A stretch of 64,000 nt of DNA from positions 21,080,001 through 21,144,000 of the forward strand of contig NC_082731.1 of the NCBI RefSeq assembly GCF_030144855.1, written 5' to 3'. Source of the stretch: Hypanus sabinus (Eukaryota). The notes under the pieces were generated by a model, which saw only the letters and a program-made list of their open reading frames with translations, did no database searches and was not told the origin of the DNA. Positions 25,494 to 38,905 of this stretch are shown piece by piece; the first letter of the stretch is position 1; each line of letters opens with the position of its first letter. Made by a program: the position numbers and the translations under genes.

Positions 25494-28343
25494 AAGGATT
25501 GCGGGGCAGCCTGCAATCTGGTGGTGCAGACTGTCAATAAATTCCGCTTGCACATCGGGCAGATGGTGAGAGCAGACTAAATGCGTGGGTATGGAAGCGC
25601 TGCTGCAGCAAAACATGCACTGACAGTCGTTAGTCTTCTCTGATGTGGCATTCCGTCAGGTTCCAGACACGTCAGTATTGATCTGAAAAGCAGAAATCCG
25701 CAAGTAGCACGGCGCAGGATAGTTTCATATGTTCTCCTGCATCCTAAGAACGTAGTGTTTCTCTCAATAACTTCCCAATTCATTATGTGGATAGAGGTTG
25801 TGGTTGTTTGTGTATAGGCTCTGGAGACTTGAAATAGGCCCCGAGTTTCATGTCAAATCTCCTGGAACAAAGAAGATAATTTGCACCACATGGCAAGAGA
25901 GCTTAAGTAATTCACTGACTAGGATTGTTTATTCTCTGATTTTCGCTGAAGCTTTCATGCCAGCTGGTTTTTTCAATATTCCTGTCTTATATAATTGTCA
26001 TGTGAACTCACAATCAGTAACTTATCTGCATAACAGCTGACAAGCTATATTCTCAAATTTGACGTTATGATTTTTTTTCTCCTGAACCAGGACTGGAAAC
26101 TCCAGATGATCATCTTGTGCAATATCAACATAATGGATATAAACGATCGAAGGATTTAAGTAGATATATATTTCAGAATTTCAAACAATATATTGTTTTG
26201 AATCATTATTAGGTTAATCAGACAATTACCGGCCAAATTTATATGAATTCGTCAAGCAGCCATTTTCTTCGTAAACAGAGACTCAGAAATAAACACATAA
26301 AACCAGAACGACATCTTGTTTCTTGTAATTGCTCAGCAGGATATGATGTAACATCCCGGTATACGAATTCATCAAGGTCCGATTAATAACGCACAAGGGG
26401 CAGAGGTCAAAAAGCAAGTCCGGTGTTTTGTAGATAGTGGCATACGAGGTACTGGCCTGAGGCTGTTGTCTGTGTCGTTCATCATCAGCAAGAATAAAAG
26501 TAATTTTTAATTGTCATAAAATGTGGTGATATCAGTAGTAAATAACATCCCCATTAACAGAGGCATAGTGGAAAAAAAGAAATGAAAATCAATCGTATTG
26601 AACCCACTCCTGGATTATGCGATCATGACGGAGCTTTCAAACAGGTGCTGTGTTCAAACTCTGACGTTCTCGAAAGGATGGTTTTCGAAATTGCAGTCCA
26701 CATCGCCTTGTGTTACTCTGTCTCACATATCATATTCTGATGCATAAACTTTTTCTCCCGTATTTGGAATCATTTTTTTTTTGAACGCCGATGTAATACT
26801 GTGCATAAGATGTGAAAAAAAGAACAGACCTGGAAGGGACTAGAGTCAAGCTTTTATTGTAAAGTGACAGCAGTTTTTGTAACTGCTTAACGGTGTTTTA
26901 ATATATCAGGTAATATGCAATATAGGGTAAAAATGTAATATATCTGACATATCTGAGAGTAATTACTGCTAGTTTATAACAAAATAATTTTCATTGTTTT
27001 CCTGATGTTATAGCTAACTTTGTTTGCACCTCACTCATTGCGAGAAAAGGTAATACGGTATGTCGCACTTTCCATCATAGGAATAAAATAGCTTATCCAG
27101 TAACTCAGTCGTATACCTCAGCACCTGGTGTTATAGGAAGTGGTTTTATGTCTACGTTCTTTTACTACTTCTGCAGCTGCCTATGTGTACTTCGTGAATG
27201 CTATCAAGTGTTCAGTAAATGTTATGGAGTTTGTCAGACGACCACAGTGAAAGCAGAAGCAGGACCCAGTATCAGTGTTGTTGCTGTAATATAGAGTGAG
27301 TTAGTACATCATTGAATAGGATTGTGTTGAAGGATAATGTATGGTCACGATTAATACAACACTTTTAAAGTTAGTGGCGCTGTGCACGTTCATGTATACC
27401 TATGACAAAGCGTCATACCGCGTCCTCAAATTCACAAATGAAAGAGAAGGCGAAACAAACCTGCAAAAGATCAGCCAGCATCTGTGCAGTGCGAAGATAT
27501 CACACACCTAATAATCTGTTGCCAACTATTACGAACCAGTGAAAACTGCAGAATGAGTGAACAGAGAGCAATGCAGACCCAGGTCTTAAAAATAGTTAAA
27601 GAGCCATGCAGCATAAGCAGAAGATTAAATAATATACTGTACTTAATCTTATATCATCAGGCCTTGTGAGGATGTTTTCACAGTCAGATTTGTTGTTTTC
27701 GCTCCTGTCATTTCGTCTAACGATGATGTTGGAGTGATTTTAATCACTGATTTCATAGTTTCGCTTGGGTAGGAAATATATTCGGACAGATGTCTAAAAT
27801 GGGGAAAAAATGAAGAACGTATAGAGGTAATGCCTGTTGGCCTCGTGACTGTTTCATTTTCTGTTTGGACGAAGCGTTCTAACTCAAGTCCTCATAAAAA
27901 GAAGAAAATGTGTTTAATATGCTGAGAAATTTCGAGAAATTGTATTTTCAGTCATCTACTATTAGTTATAAAAGCGAGCACACTGGAAAAATATCTTTGT
28001 TCCAGTAAATGGCAGCGACCCAAATGAATTCTGAGTGAACACAACTGAATCGGGATCTAAATATTTCCCCTCGATTTACAATTATTTAATTTATATCTAA
28101 ATGTTGTTTTTTTTTTCTTCTCTTTTTTCATACATTGCTAAATCTGTCGACAACTGGAAACACCTTCAAGTTAATTCTTAGTAAAATGTTAAGGCAATCA
28201 GGCAGTTTTTATCTAACATGTTGACGTTCTGATTTTCAGAAATCCAAAAGGGAGTGCGTATGAATTATAAAATTTGGTCAACATTTTATGGCTTTGTACT
28301 CAAAGACTTCCCCGTTGTTTGATTAAATAATTCCTAAATAAAT

Positions 28344-29035
28344 TGTAAAGGGGGTTTCTTTTTTTTCTTTGTTTCTGTTGGGAAAGGGTTTCCTTTTGTT
28401 AACTAGCAGGAATGCTTATTTACTGATAACGAGAATGGTATTCCTTTGTAAACCAAATGGGGATTAATGTTCTTTCTTCTGAGTCTGTAAGCTTTTGTTG
28501 ACGGGCTTTTGGGCAGATCGGTGCGAGGGGGTCGAGAGAGAGGACGCAATGCTCTAAGCTGGGCGAGGATCGGACCCCAAAGGGGGGTCCGAGGCTGGGA
28601 GATTCTCCGAGGAGGGAGGGGGGGTGAAGCTAGATGTGCTTGGTTGACCACTCGGAGGGTCCTGAGCTGTTTGGAGAGTCGAGGAGTTCGGAGGGTCCTG
28701 AGCTGCGAGGCGAGGAGTTCGGAGGGGGATCGAATGGTGGCCAGAAGACTTCAGTAATTGAGCTCCAACGGTTGTTTGGTTTGGACTTTGATAAGTTTGG
28801 CGCCTTTTCTTTAATTTTCTCTTCATATATACTGTATCGTTATTAATCACTTAGTTATAGTAACCTTTATAAATTGTACTCATTTAATCGCATATGGTGT
28901 ACTGTCTGGTTTTGGGCTAGGCGGGGACATCACACAGCATCCACACCAGCTGATTACCCAGTTTGGCGGGGCCGAAGGCTGCTCCCCCTACACAAGAACG
29001 AGCTGATCGAGACTGAGGCGACCCAGGGAGTTATG
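28344..29035 (+). mobile_element. Solo LTR (692 bp), Gypsy type
   Basis: Starts TGTAA and ends GAGTTATG, flanked by a 4-bp AAAT duplication. Absent from the paralogous flank upstream of V6 (about 60860). Shares motifs with the LTRs at 12933 and 15065. Confidence 0.8.
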
Positions 29036-30499
29036 AAATAATTATCAGATAATTAATATACCACACTGAAAATGTAACACATATAGATCAAAAAATAAAC
29101 ACATATACAAATGGTGAGTAAATAAGTAGAAAACTTTTTTTACAAACTTAAATACACAAATGACAGCACAGACTAACAGCTAGATAAATTGTGCAGATAA
29201 TGAAATAAGAATAAATAACCAATCAAGCACAAAAATCAATCAGTAATTGTGCTTAAAACAAATTTTGCAGATATGTCGCTTCATCGTGACAATGCAAAAA
29301 TGAATCATCATGACTGAATGAAGCTGTTTCTTAAACCGACAGTTAATCTCACTTCCAGTAAGGCGAGATTTACTCTTCAATCACTTGTCTCTTCTTGAGC
29401 AATGCTCTCTTTCCAAATAATATTGTGTTTCCGGTATGTTGTGATCCATTAGGGAAACGTTAAAAATGACGTTTCAATAGGAAATGTCCTCATTGCATCC
29501 CTCTGTTAATATTATGAAATCGATTCTCAGCATTTAGCACGTACAGAAATATACAGAATATTAGATGTAAAAGGAAATTTGAGATCGAAAGCCTTTCTGA
29601 AATTCAGCCGTTTCATGCTGTTATGAGATTCTTATCGCGAAACTTGTTTTGCGAGTGTAACGTAAGAATTGCGCATCTAAGGTGCAATCTATTTCTACTT
29701 CTGAACACATTTACCCTCCTGCAGCTTCAGTGTGTACACTGTGCAGTAATAAATTCAGATATGGCCAAATAATCAGAATGAAAATGGATAAGTTGTTACA
29801 GCGAATTTTGCTTTCACTTTTTCACATGACAGAGATTCAGCAACAGATGCAATTTTGAAGAATCCCGGCATGCATTTATACGGCAAATATAAAAAGAACA
29901 TGGACATTCAAAATAATTTATTGGCCACCTATAACTTTTGGATATTTTGTTTAAAAATCCAAGATCATCTCGATTTCGCACAGAACATATAATTTGCAGG
30001 GCAAACGGGTTCTTATTTACCTGCTTATGTGCTTGCTTGTTTGATTATTTATGCATTTCAGATACAGACGGAAATTTGCCCTTTCTGCGCTTCGTTGTTC
30101 ACAGCCCGTGAATACACTGATTAAATCATAGTCTAATTACGCTACACCTTGCGATAAACAATCAGCTTACAAAATCCAGCTAGACTCTTGACACCACAGC
30201 ACTCATCAGCAACATTGAGAATGACGTGGTGATTACAGGTCACGACACCAAATATGTGCAAACATTCCCGACCAGTGATATTTGGACGTCCACTGTGGTC
30301 AAAGGGTTGGAGGAAAAGTATATCATGTATTCCTACTTCCCCAGGCGGATACATAGCAATTAATGTCGGAATTTGCAGAGTAGGTTCATGCGTGACCTAC
30401 TCAGCCTGCTTGAGTTTTCGAAGACTACGCCTTATCTCCCGCTGGGTGTTCCCCTGCCCAAGAACTGAACAATATTTCAGTTGTCATCTAATTACGGTT

Positions 30500-31270
30500 T
30501 TCATAGAGCATTAGCTGGATCCTGCCCTACTAAAGCCCAGAGCAACATTCGCTTACTTAACAATCCTCTCAACATGCGCAGTTAACTTAATTGATATATA
30601 GATTTGGAACTCAAAGTCCCTCTGTTGCTGCACACTACTAAGAATTTTCCTATTTACCGTCATTCTACTTGCGGAGGAACAACTAGGAGCTGGAAAGGAC
30701 ACTGAGATGCGGTGTCTGGAGCAAATTAATCAATTGACCTACTGCATGTATGACCCCGCCCCATGGTCGGTTTGGTTTTCAAAGCCTTCTGTTGTTGAGA
30801 TAGATTCCAAGCTGTAGGTACGGCATTTGGACTATTGTGAAAACATTTCGACATCTTTTCTAAGAAAAGATGTATGGGCATTGGAGAGACCCCACAGCAT
30901 TGAATGGCGATTCGCTATTATTCACTGGTGTTCAAAAGAATGTGGAACTTATGTCATTCAATTACATCAAATGTCGAAAAGTATAAATAGCGCGGATGTA
31001 AGGAAGAAGTTATCACCATTTGTGTGTCAGGAACAGGATGGGGATATTCAGAATAGAGGGACGTCGAGTTAGAAAGGATTTGAGGAGGAAATTCTACAGC
31101 CAGGGTATGGTCAAATTGAGGAGGTCATTCTCGTTCCAAAGCAGTTGAGTATGTTAAAACGTAGAGTGATCTTATCTTTTTCCTCATGTTTTTTTTTTTC
31201 CATTTTTGACTCGACCTGCAGAATGCTGCTCATTCCGATTCTGCTTTTTCTACTCCTATGTCTTATAGAC
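30500..31270. mobile_element. Degenerate CR1 fragments (minus strand about 30500-30660, plus strand about 30780-31270)
   Basis: Similar to the CR1 C-terminal region (DYCENIS..LRKDVWALER). Tail-like ttctactcctatgtcttat. Confidence 0.5.
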
Positions 31271-31899
31271 TTCTGGTTTGCTGAAAGTCAGTGCTTCGTT
31301 TTCATATGAAGAAATAGGAATTTTGTGGCAGCCATGCTGAATAACGGAAAGCCAATCATCGGACGCGGCTCAGTTCAGTCATCCGACCTTCCCAAATGGT
31401 CTTCAACAAAGACGTTCAGCGACGTTTCGATAGGGGACTCTGCATTCTTCTTCAGCGATGATGTCGAGCCACGGATAGTAGTTGATTGCCCTCCCCCAGC
31501 TCGACCCTTGATTGGTTAGTCTTCATCCAATCAGGATTCTGTCGCCCACATAAACTGTGATCGGAGCTTCCTTCCAGGTTTGTGATTACAACAGCTACAT
31601 AGGCCAGCTTATCTAGCGGACATCTGACCCTTTAAGTCCTCCTTATCCCATTATTATCCTCTTCAATTCCAGACAATCTTTGGGAATCTTCTGTTCTATT
31701 TGTCGAGGCTTCACCTTATCCATTACTCGTGCTTTCCGGCGAATAAGACAACTTAGCCACTCGGCTGAGCTCAGCTACATTTCCAGTTTTTTGATGGTGC
31801 AGCGGCAAACGCGCCAGGCCGCTGCTTGTGGACGATTTCCCCCTCCGCCCGCCAATTTCAACTGCCTCATCCTGAGAAGACTCAGTTTTTTTTATTTTT

Positions 31900-34320
31900 T
31901 GGGAAGTTAACAAAAGGCAGCATGCACCCGACAACAAATATCTTCCGAGTACATGTCCCATTCAGGAGGGGTTGGCTGCTGTATAATCTTTTTTTCTGCT
32001 GGTACTTCAGTGTTTCTATGCCTCTGTAGAACCCTCTTGCTATGGTTTATGGTCCAGGTCAGGTACTGCGTCAATACGCACCTCTTGTCACAGATGTAGA
32101 AGACAGTTCTGATGGAGAATGTGGACAAGGCCATCTGCTCTCTGCTTTTCAACCTCTGCTTTCACCTGGAAAACTGGTACGTTTGGAACTTTACTCTCCG
32201 CTACATAGGTCGTAGCCATGAAGTGGTCAGAAAAATAATGGTTTCCAGGTAACCACAATTTTTTAGCAGTTCTCAGTCTCCAGACTTCAGTTTGGAGAGA
32301 CTTACCTTTTCGTCATAGCTCATCCGATCTCCTTGATTCTGCTTGTTCCCCGCGATTTCAGCTAATCCCGAAGGATTTTCCTGCACCCTTTTCATAGCAG
32401 CCACGTATTCCTGATGTTTTCGGCGGTTGATATTCCAGTTCTGTCCTAAAACAGAGGTCAATGGAAAAAAAAAACTCGTCTTGCGCACAAACATCGGATA
32501 ATATGCCAGTACACTGCAATTGCATCCTGTGCACGGTTGTAGATGCGGACCAGATGTCCAATATCTTGTTTCCACTTATACGTTTTGTTGATCTTCAAGG
32601 TATACAACATATCTAACAAGGTCCGATTGCACCGCTCGGGCAGAGGAACACACTGTGGGACGTAAGGCGTAGTCTCCGACTTTTCTTCTTCAAACATGCT
32701 CAGTAGGTCATGCACGAAACTGCTGTGAAAATTCCAACCTTGCAGCTATGTACCCACCTGGGGAAGCAGTAATAAATGAAATACATCTCCTATAACCTTT
32801 TTATCACAGTGGATGCCGAAATATCCTCGATAGGGAATGCTTGTGAATATCTAGTGTAGTGATCCTTAATAGCCGAGACATTCACAATGTTGCTGGTATA
32901 TGCATCTATTGACGGAAAGTCAAAACACACCAGGATAAGTGGTTCCGCACACTTCAGTAGAAACAAAGGAACGACCCTCGCAAACAGTGTGTTCCTCAGG
33001 TACTTCGAATACAGCACTCGCAATAAGATATCTGTACAATCTATTGGTCTTGTCAACCCAAAAATACACAGAACTATCATAATGCGATTTCAAAACAATC
33101 CTCCAATACTTCTCATGCAGAACCAGCTAGGAACGCTGATATCAGTCTGAAGGAGACTTCACCGAACATAAGATCCAGTTCCTCAAACGCATTCTGGGTT
33201 ATTCTTTCAGTAATCGAAACACCACAGAGGATTTCGACCTGTACCCTTGGGACATGTTCTTTTTTTCAACCGCTGACCAAACGGTACCGATGCCCCTGCC
33301 CTATGGGTGAGCAGATGCCACTTCCCCAGGACTCAATTCTGGCAACTGGTCTCTCTTCAGAGCACTCAAGGTGTCGTAGGTTTGTGCAGTCACCATCAGA
33401 AGCACTCGAGCGATCTACCAGTCGATCGGCCCCTTCCTTTCCACCGTCTTCACCGTGATGGAAAACTGACCATAGCTTTCACTCCATGGACAGGAACACC
33501 TTACCACCCACGGTCCCTATCCAGCCCTTCATACGGACGTCGGAGAACACATCGGCATCGATGATCCTACTTCTCGGCTGGCCGGTATTCGCGGCTGAAA
33601 TCATTGCCATCCGATTTCTCTTAAGTGAAAGTATCAGTTGAGGATTAGTTGTCCGTCCTCACCACACACGTGGCACCAAAATTAATTTTGGCATCACTTA
33701 AGTTATGCACCGCAGCCCAGCTCAATGCAAGGATATCTAACCTGTGTGTTGGATATGTTATTTTTTTCTCAGATTGTGACATACTCCAACTCACAGTCGC
33801 GACAGGTCTCAACCCTGCGGCCTGATCCAGATATAGATCACACCTTAAGCCCTCTCTGAGGCACCCTATGCAGCACATACGTCAATCGTGATTCTGCAAA
33901 AGTCACCACAGACATTTTGGTCAGCAGGTCCTTCAGCAACTGAAATACCTCTTCACATTTCGCAACCCATCACCCTCCAGAATACTCCGAAGGACGAAGA
34001 TAATATATATCTTCCATTTATTTTCTGATTTTTCTTTTGGTCTCCAAGGGATGGTAACGCACAGACGTTGACTGACAGGTGACTCACTTTAAAATAGTCC
34101 TTCATGAAACTCTGATAGTACCTGCAGAACTCAGCGAAAGAACGAAGGACCCTCAAAGTTGGGGATTTTGGCTAGTGGATCACTGCCACTGTTTAAGATG
34201 GATTTATAGCTACTCCATTCAGAGAGACTGTGTGCTCAACAGAGGTGTCAGACTTATCATCTTAACTTTGAGAACTGTCAGTTCAAGTGAGCAGTCCATC
34301 AGAATGAAATTTCTTTAATC
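31900..34320 (-). mobile_element. Degenerate Gypsy pol remnant (RT end, RNase H, integrase)
   Basis: LRSFAEFCRYYQSF, YPTHRLDILALSWA..VRTDN, DHYTRYSQAFP and ERCNRTLLDML. Same integrase type as 13700-14460. No LTRs recognised. Confidence 0.8.
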
Positions 34321-35978
34321 AAGTTTCAGTAGCCATGTGGAAAAATATATATTTTTTTCATGCTGCCCGGAGTAATACGACTTTCCTTGTTCTGATGCAG
34401 TACTGGTGGATAAGATCCGAGGCAGCGAAATATGCACAATATCAACGGAGTGTTTCGAAGTTAGAAGAAACCATATCCCTGACTATAGCCGGGGCTTTAA
34501 GATGAGAGGATGCTAATATTATTATTTAAAGAGATCATATTGTAAGTTTCTGAGGAATTACTCCTTGTTTGTTGTGCAATTTAGTCAGGTTTACTCACTG
34601 AGTAGTCAAACAACAAAATATGGTTTACAGCTGGCAGACGGGGGTATATGAGTATAAAATCCATAAGAGATCGTATTTACCTTCAACGTCTGGCTGATTT
34701 CGAAATGCTTCCCAGGATTAAAAAGTGGGCTGCTTTACGGGCTTGCTTGGAATGTAGCAGTTCCAAAAGATAAAGTAATTATTCATTCAGACGGATGTTT
34801 GTCATTACACACGGAATGTGGCTGAAATGCCTACTACTTTGTAAAGAGACCTGGGAACAGAAAACATCTGGAACCAGCAAAAGCTATGTTATGCTTACTT
34901 CATAAAAATTACAAAGCTTCCTGCCCTGTTGTCCTCAATCTATCTAAGTTCATGTTTATGGATTTACTTGTTTTCGCATTGCACAACATCAGCTACAACA
35001 TAAGTGAATGGACCTAAACAAGTTCCTTAAAGGTCCATACTGTTAACAAGGGTTAATGCGGAAACGGAGTGGTTCAAGCAGTTGTTTACTTAAGTTGAAG
35101 TAAATCTTGAGCTATTTTGATTGAAGAATTTGTTTGTTAATTCAACGTTTGGAAAGTTATGAATAATTGTCAAGCATTACAGGCGAAACTGTGCCGCATA
35201 GTCACCAACAACTGGAATACATTTTACTCCTTTTATTAGTATCATTTTACGTGCAGACTTCAACTACAATACGTACCGCAATCAGAATATTAAGCATAAA
35301 CAGAGAACGCACTTGTGTAACTCCAATATGGTCACGATTAACGCCTTATTCACTTGTTGTATAATTATTTGCTCTGAAGTTGAAATGTTAGTTTTGTCGT
35401 TTATACCATAAGTATGCAGAAGAAAGAGGTCTGCACATCTAGAACCCCACCACGAAAATAGTTGCAATAACCTTGTTACCATAGTGAAATTTCTAACTCC
35501 AGCATCAAAAAACAATAAACTGATCCAACGCATGAAGGAACGTGAGCAAAGAGAGATTTGTTTTCTACATTCAGTGACGACCAAGCTTGCAGCCCATTGT
35601 CGCATGGAGGGATCTTACAGTGGGAATCTTACAGCCTACTTCACGTCTCAAGAGCCTATACACAACCAACCACTACTTCCATCCGCATAATGATTTGGGA
35701 ATTAACGGAGAAAATCTACTTCCATAGGCTGCAGGAGAACACGTCAAACTATCGTTTGTCACGCTGCTTGCTCATTATGCTTTTAAATCCTACTCGGGCG
35801 TCTCTACAACCTGACAGGAAACCACATCAGAGAAGACTAATGACTGTCAGTGCATGTTTCGCTGCAGCAACGCTTAGATTCCTAATAATTTATTCAGCTC
35901 GCACCCTCTGTCCCAATGAGCAAACAGAATTTGTTGACGGTCTGTTCCACCAGAATTGCAGGCTGCCTCGCAATCCCT

Positions 35979-35996
35979 TTCCTTTAGGTGGCGTTG
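35979..35996 (+). promoter_or_regulatory. Candidate CTCF-like site upstream of V2
   Basis: CCTTTAGGTGGCGTTG matches 13/16 of CCASYAGRKGGCRSYR, about 240 bp upstream of the ATG. Confidence 0.4.
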
Positions 35997-36229
35997 CGCT
36001 GTTACTGTCAGCTCACAAAGAATTTGAGTCCTTTGTTCTGCACGCTTGCGTTCGCCTCGACAATATTTCATTTCCTGCACTGCGACTGAATGCCTTTTTC
36101 AATTGTCAATGGATATTTAGCACCTGCGTTGCATGTTGTGATTGGTCGGTTTGGTAATGGTATGTGTATTTCTGTTCTGGCAATGCCTCCACACTGTTGC
36201 ACGGGAAGACAGTCTCAAACTGAGAGATT

Positions 36230-36704
36230 ATGAAGAAATTTCTCATCACGTTTCTCATTAATCTGTTTCTTCTAGGTAAGAAGTTCTTTCACTATAATAT
36301 TCCAAAACACCTTAATTTACTGGAAGCACGTTCTTTTCTATATTTAAGTATGCATGCTGCTTGAAGTGGAACTGATGATCTATTATTTATTTTACTATTA
36401 GACAGGAGCCTTCAAGACTCAGTGGAACTGTCAGTGGATGCAATGGCATTGGAAGAAGAAGGTAATATTACACCAAACTGTACTCTGCAAACAAGCAATG
36501 TACTCCCGGTAGTTTTCTGGTACAGGCAGAGCCCCAGACAGCGACCACAATATTTGATGGGGATTAACGCAGGAACACTATACCGAAGTGAAAATGCAGC
36601 CGACCGATTTTTTGCTACCTACGATAAAAGTAAAACATATACCGAACTAACGATTAAAAAAGCCATCATCTCTGACTCAGCCAGGTAACCCTGCGCGATG
36701 AGCC
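36230..36704 (+). pseudogene. TRAV: TCR V segment V2, inverted, with a nonsense codon before Cys104
   Basis: Leader 36230-36275 (MKKFLITFLINLFLL), intron 36276-36401, V exon 36402-36704. TAA at 36686-36688 replaces Tyr (DSAR*PCAMS). CCAAT box at 36141-36145. Confidence 0.92.
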
Positions 36705-36743
36705 CACGGTGCTGAAAAAACTCAACTGTCTTAAACCAAAACC
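36705..36743 (+). other. V2 23-RSS
   Basis: CACGGTG, 23-nt spacer, ACCAAAACC (one nonamer mismatch). Confidence 0.93.
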
Positions 36744-38384
36744 CGTTTCATAGTCCTCTAGAGCTCGATGGAGGGCGAACATATCAAGTTGTATATAAAT
36801 GCTCACTGAAGGTTATTCCAATGTTTTCAAATGATGCCACAGAGTCTTTCTCTCACAAGCGACATATCCGCCCACTTGGCATTTACAACAGATGTTTTGC
36901 TCTTCTGTGGTGATAACTGTAATCAAAACCATTTCATCTTAACTGATTCCTGTGTGTGATTTAATTTCTCTGAATATTGACATTTGACATCTGAAGCTGC
37001 ACAATCATCAGTATGGATAGATGAAACATTTTAAGGCTTCGTTTCACATAGAAGGGGATAGACGTTAGAGGAGGAATCCCATATGGCCCAATTAACAATA
37101 TACTACAAAATACTGAAGAAGCCAGCGTTTAGCGAAATCACTCTAAATTAACCATGTGGCTTTAAATTTCCGACAAAATTTAAGCGCACTTTTTGGGTTT
37201 GTTGCGCTGGATGTCGTTGAGATGCTTACAAAAGTAAACACTAGCATCAGATTGGTTCTGACATAAATAAACATTGTACAATTGGAGTTTTCTATTAAAA
37301 AAAACTCACAACGAGCGTACAATCCGTGTCGCGAGTTTACCGACAGTTTGAGATTACCTCTGATACAAAAAATGGTAATGTTTGCAATATATGTGGAATG
37401 ACCACATCTACAAGTCATCTATTTTGCTCATCTACATTGAGCAATTGGCAATAGGAATAGCACTTGCTCTGAGAAATCAGGTCAGTTAATTCTGACCTGC
37501 GTTGACACCAAGCGCCTTGATGCAGTGGTAGATTGTACTTGAATTGCCTATAAACAACTTAATATTCACGCCTCAGATTGCGGTATGACAATAGGTTTTG
37601 GAATTAACTCACAGCGCTTCTCCACTGAAATCACATTAGTGGATATGCACGATTATTGATATCAATATCTCAGTTGAGAGTACATTTTCACATTTCATGG
37701 CTCGTCAGCTCACATGCCCTAAAATCGTCCCTTTTCTATCCTGCCATTTATTTGACTAAATTCCAGATGATCAGAAGACACTGTACTGGACTTTTCAATG
37801 CATTCGACAATATATCTTCATCTAGCAGATTGCCTAATTCCTGTACACTCAATCTGGCTGAATTTCGAGCATAAATAACGTACGATTTATCCTGAATCAA
37901 GTACTTTGTGGTGGAGATCCGTATTTTTGGGTAACTGGGAAAATAACCACGACGTAACATAAGGGTTATCACTCCAATCCTAGAAACAAAGATTAGAGAC
38001 ATAGCATTTCTTCATTGTACGAAATAAAGACGGTTCAATATTTATGCAGATTGTTATTAACTCTCTTAAATTTCTAGCACTTCAGTTCACGTGTCATCCG
38101 ATGGCCGAAGTGTTTGACTCAGTTAATTAGCAGATGTTTGTCACAGATCCAATTGGATTCAAAGATTCTGCTGTATCGTCTTTCAGAGGACAAACACATT
38201 TTAAAACCTGAGATAACAAACAGGCAGTAGGGCAGAAATTTTATTTTTTAAAGCAAACGTGTTATCAAATTACACACATGTCCCACGTATGAGATATTTG
38301 ACAAGACTTCGTGCTTCAGTTAGCATTTGTGTTCTCCTTGATTTGTTCGCCCTCTATCGAACTCCCGAGGAGAATGCGATAGAG

Positions 38385-38423
38385 GGTTTGTGTTCGAGAT
38401 CATTTAGATTTGTGAACACCGTA
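38385..38423 (-). other. V3 defective 23-RSS
   Basis: TACGGTG (the essential first C is lost), 23-nt spacer, ACACAAACC. Confidence 0.88.
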
Positions 38424-38905
38424 GGCTCATCGCGCAAAAGTATGTGGCCGAAGTCCGAGATTATAGCGTCGTTAATCGATAGTTCGGTATATTTGTTTTA
38501 TTTTTATCATAGGAAGCAAATTATCTTTCGCTTGCATCTTGATTTCGGTATACTTTCCCTGTCATGATCCGAATCAGATACTCTGGCCTTTGTCTGGTGT
38601 GCTGCCTGTACCAGAACACATCCGGGAGTAAATGGCTTGCTTGTAAAGCACAGTTTAGAGTAATATTCCTTTCTTCATCCATCGACATTGCATCCACTGA
38701 TTGTTCCACTGAGACTTGAAGGCTCCAGTCTATCAGTAAAATAAAAACAACATTGTCCATACGCTATACTTCGAACATCATGGTAACTTAAGTAGAAAAA
38801 AAACATGTTTACAAACAATCACAGAGAGCTCTAAATATTACAATGATGAAATATTTTACCTAGAAGAAACACAATCATGAGGACCGCCGTGAGACAGTTC
38901 TTCAT
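38424..38905 (-). pseudogene. TRAV: TCR V segment V3, pseudogene
   Basis: Leader 38905-38860 (MKNCLTAVLMIVFLL), V exon 38729-38424. In-frame TAA at 38523-38521, then a 2-nt and a 1-nt insertion in FR3, plus the mutated heptamer. Confidence 0.92.

Noticed and set aside
38290-38423. RAG-mediated germline inversion as the cause of the V2 flip
   Set aside because: The breakpoint is about 80 bp beyond the V3 nonamer, not at the heptamer border where RAG cuts, and there is no signal joint.
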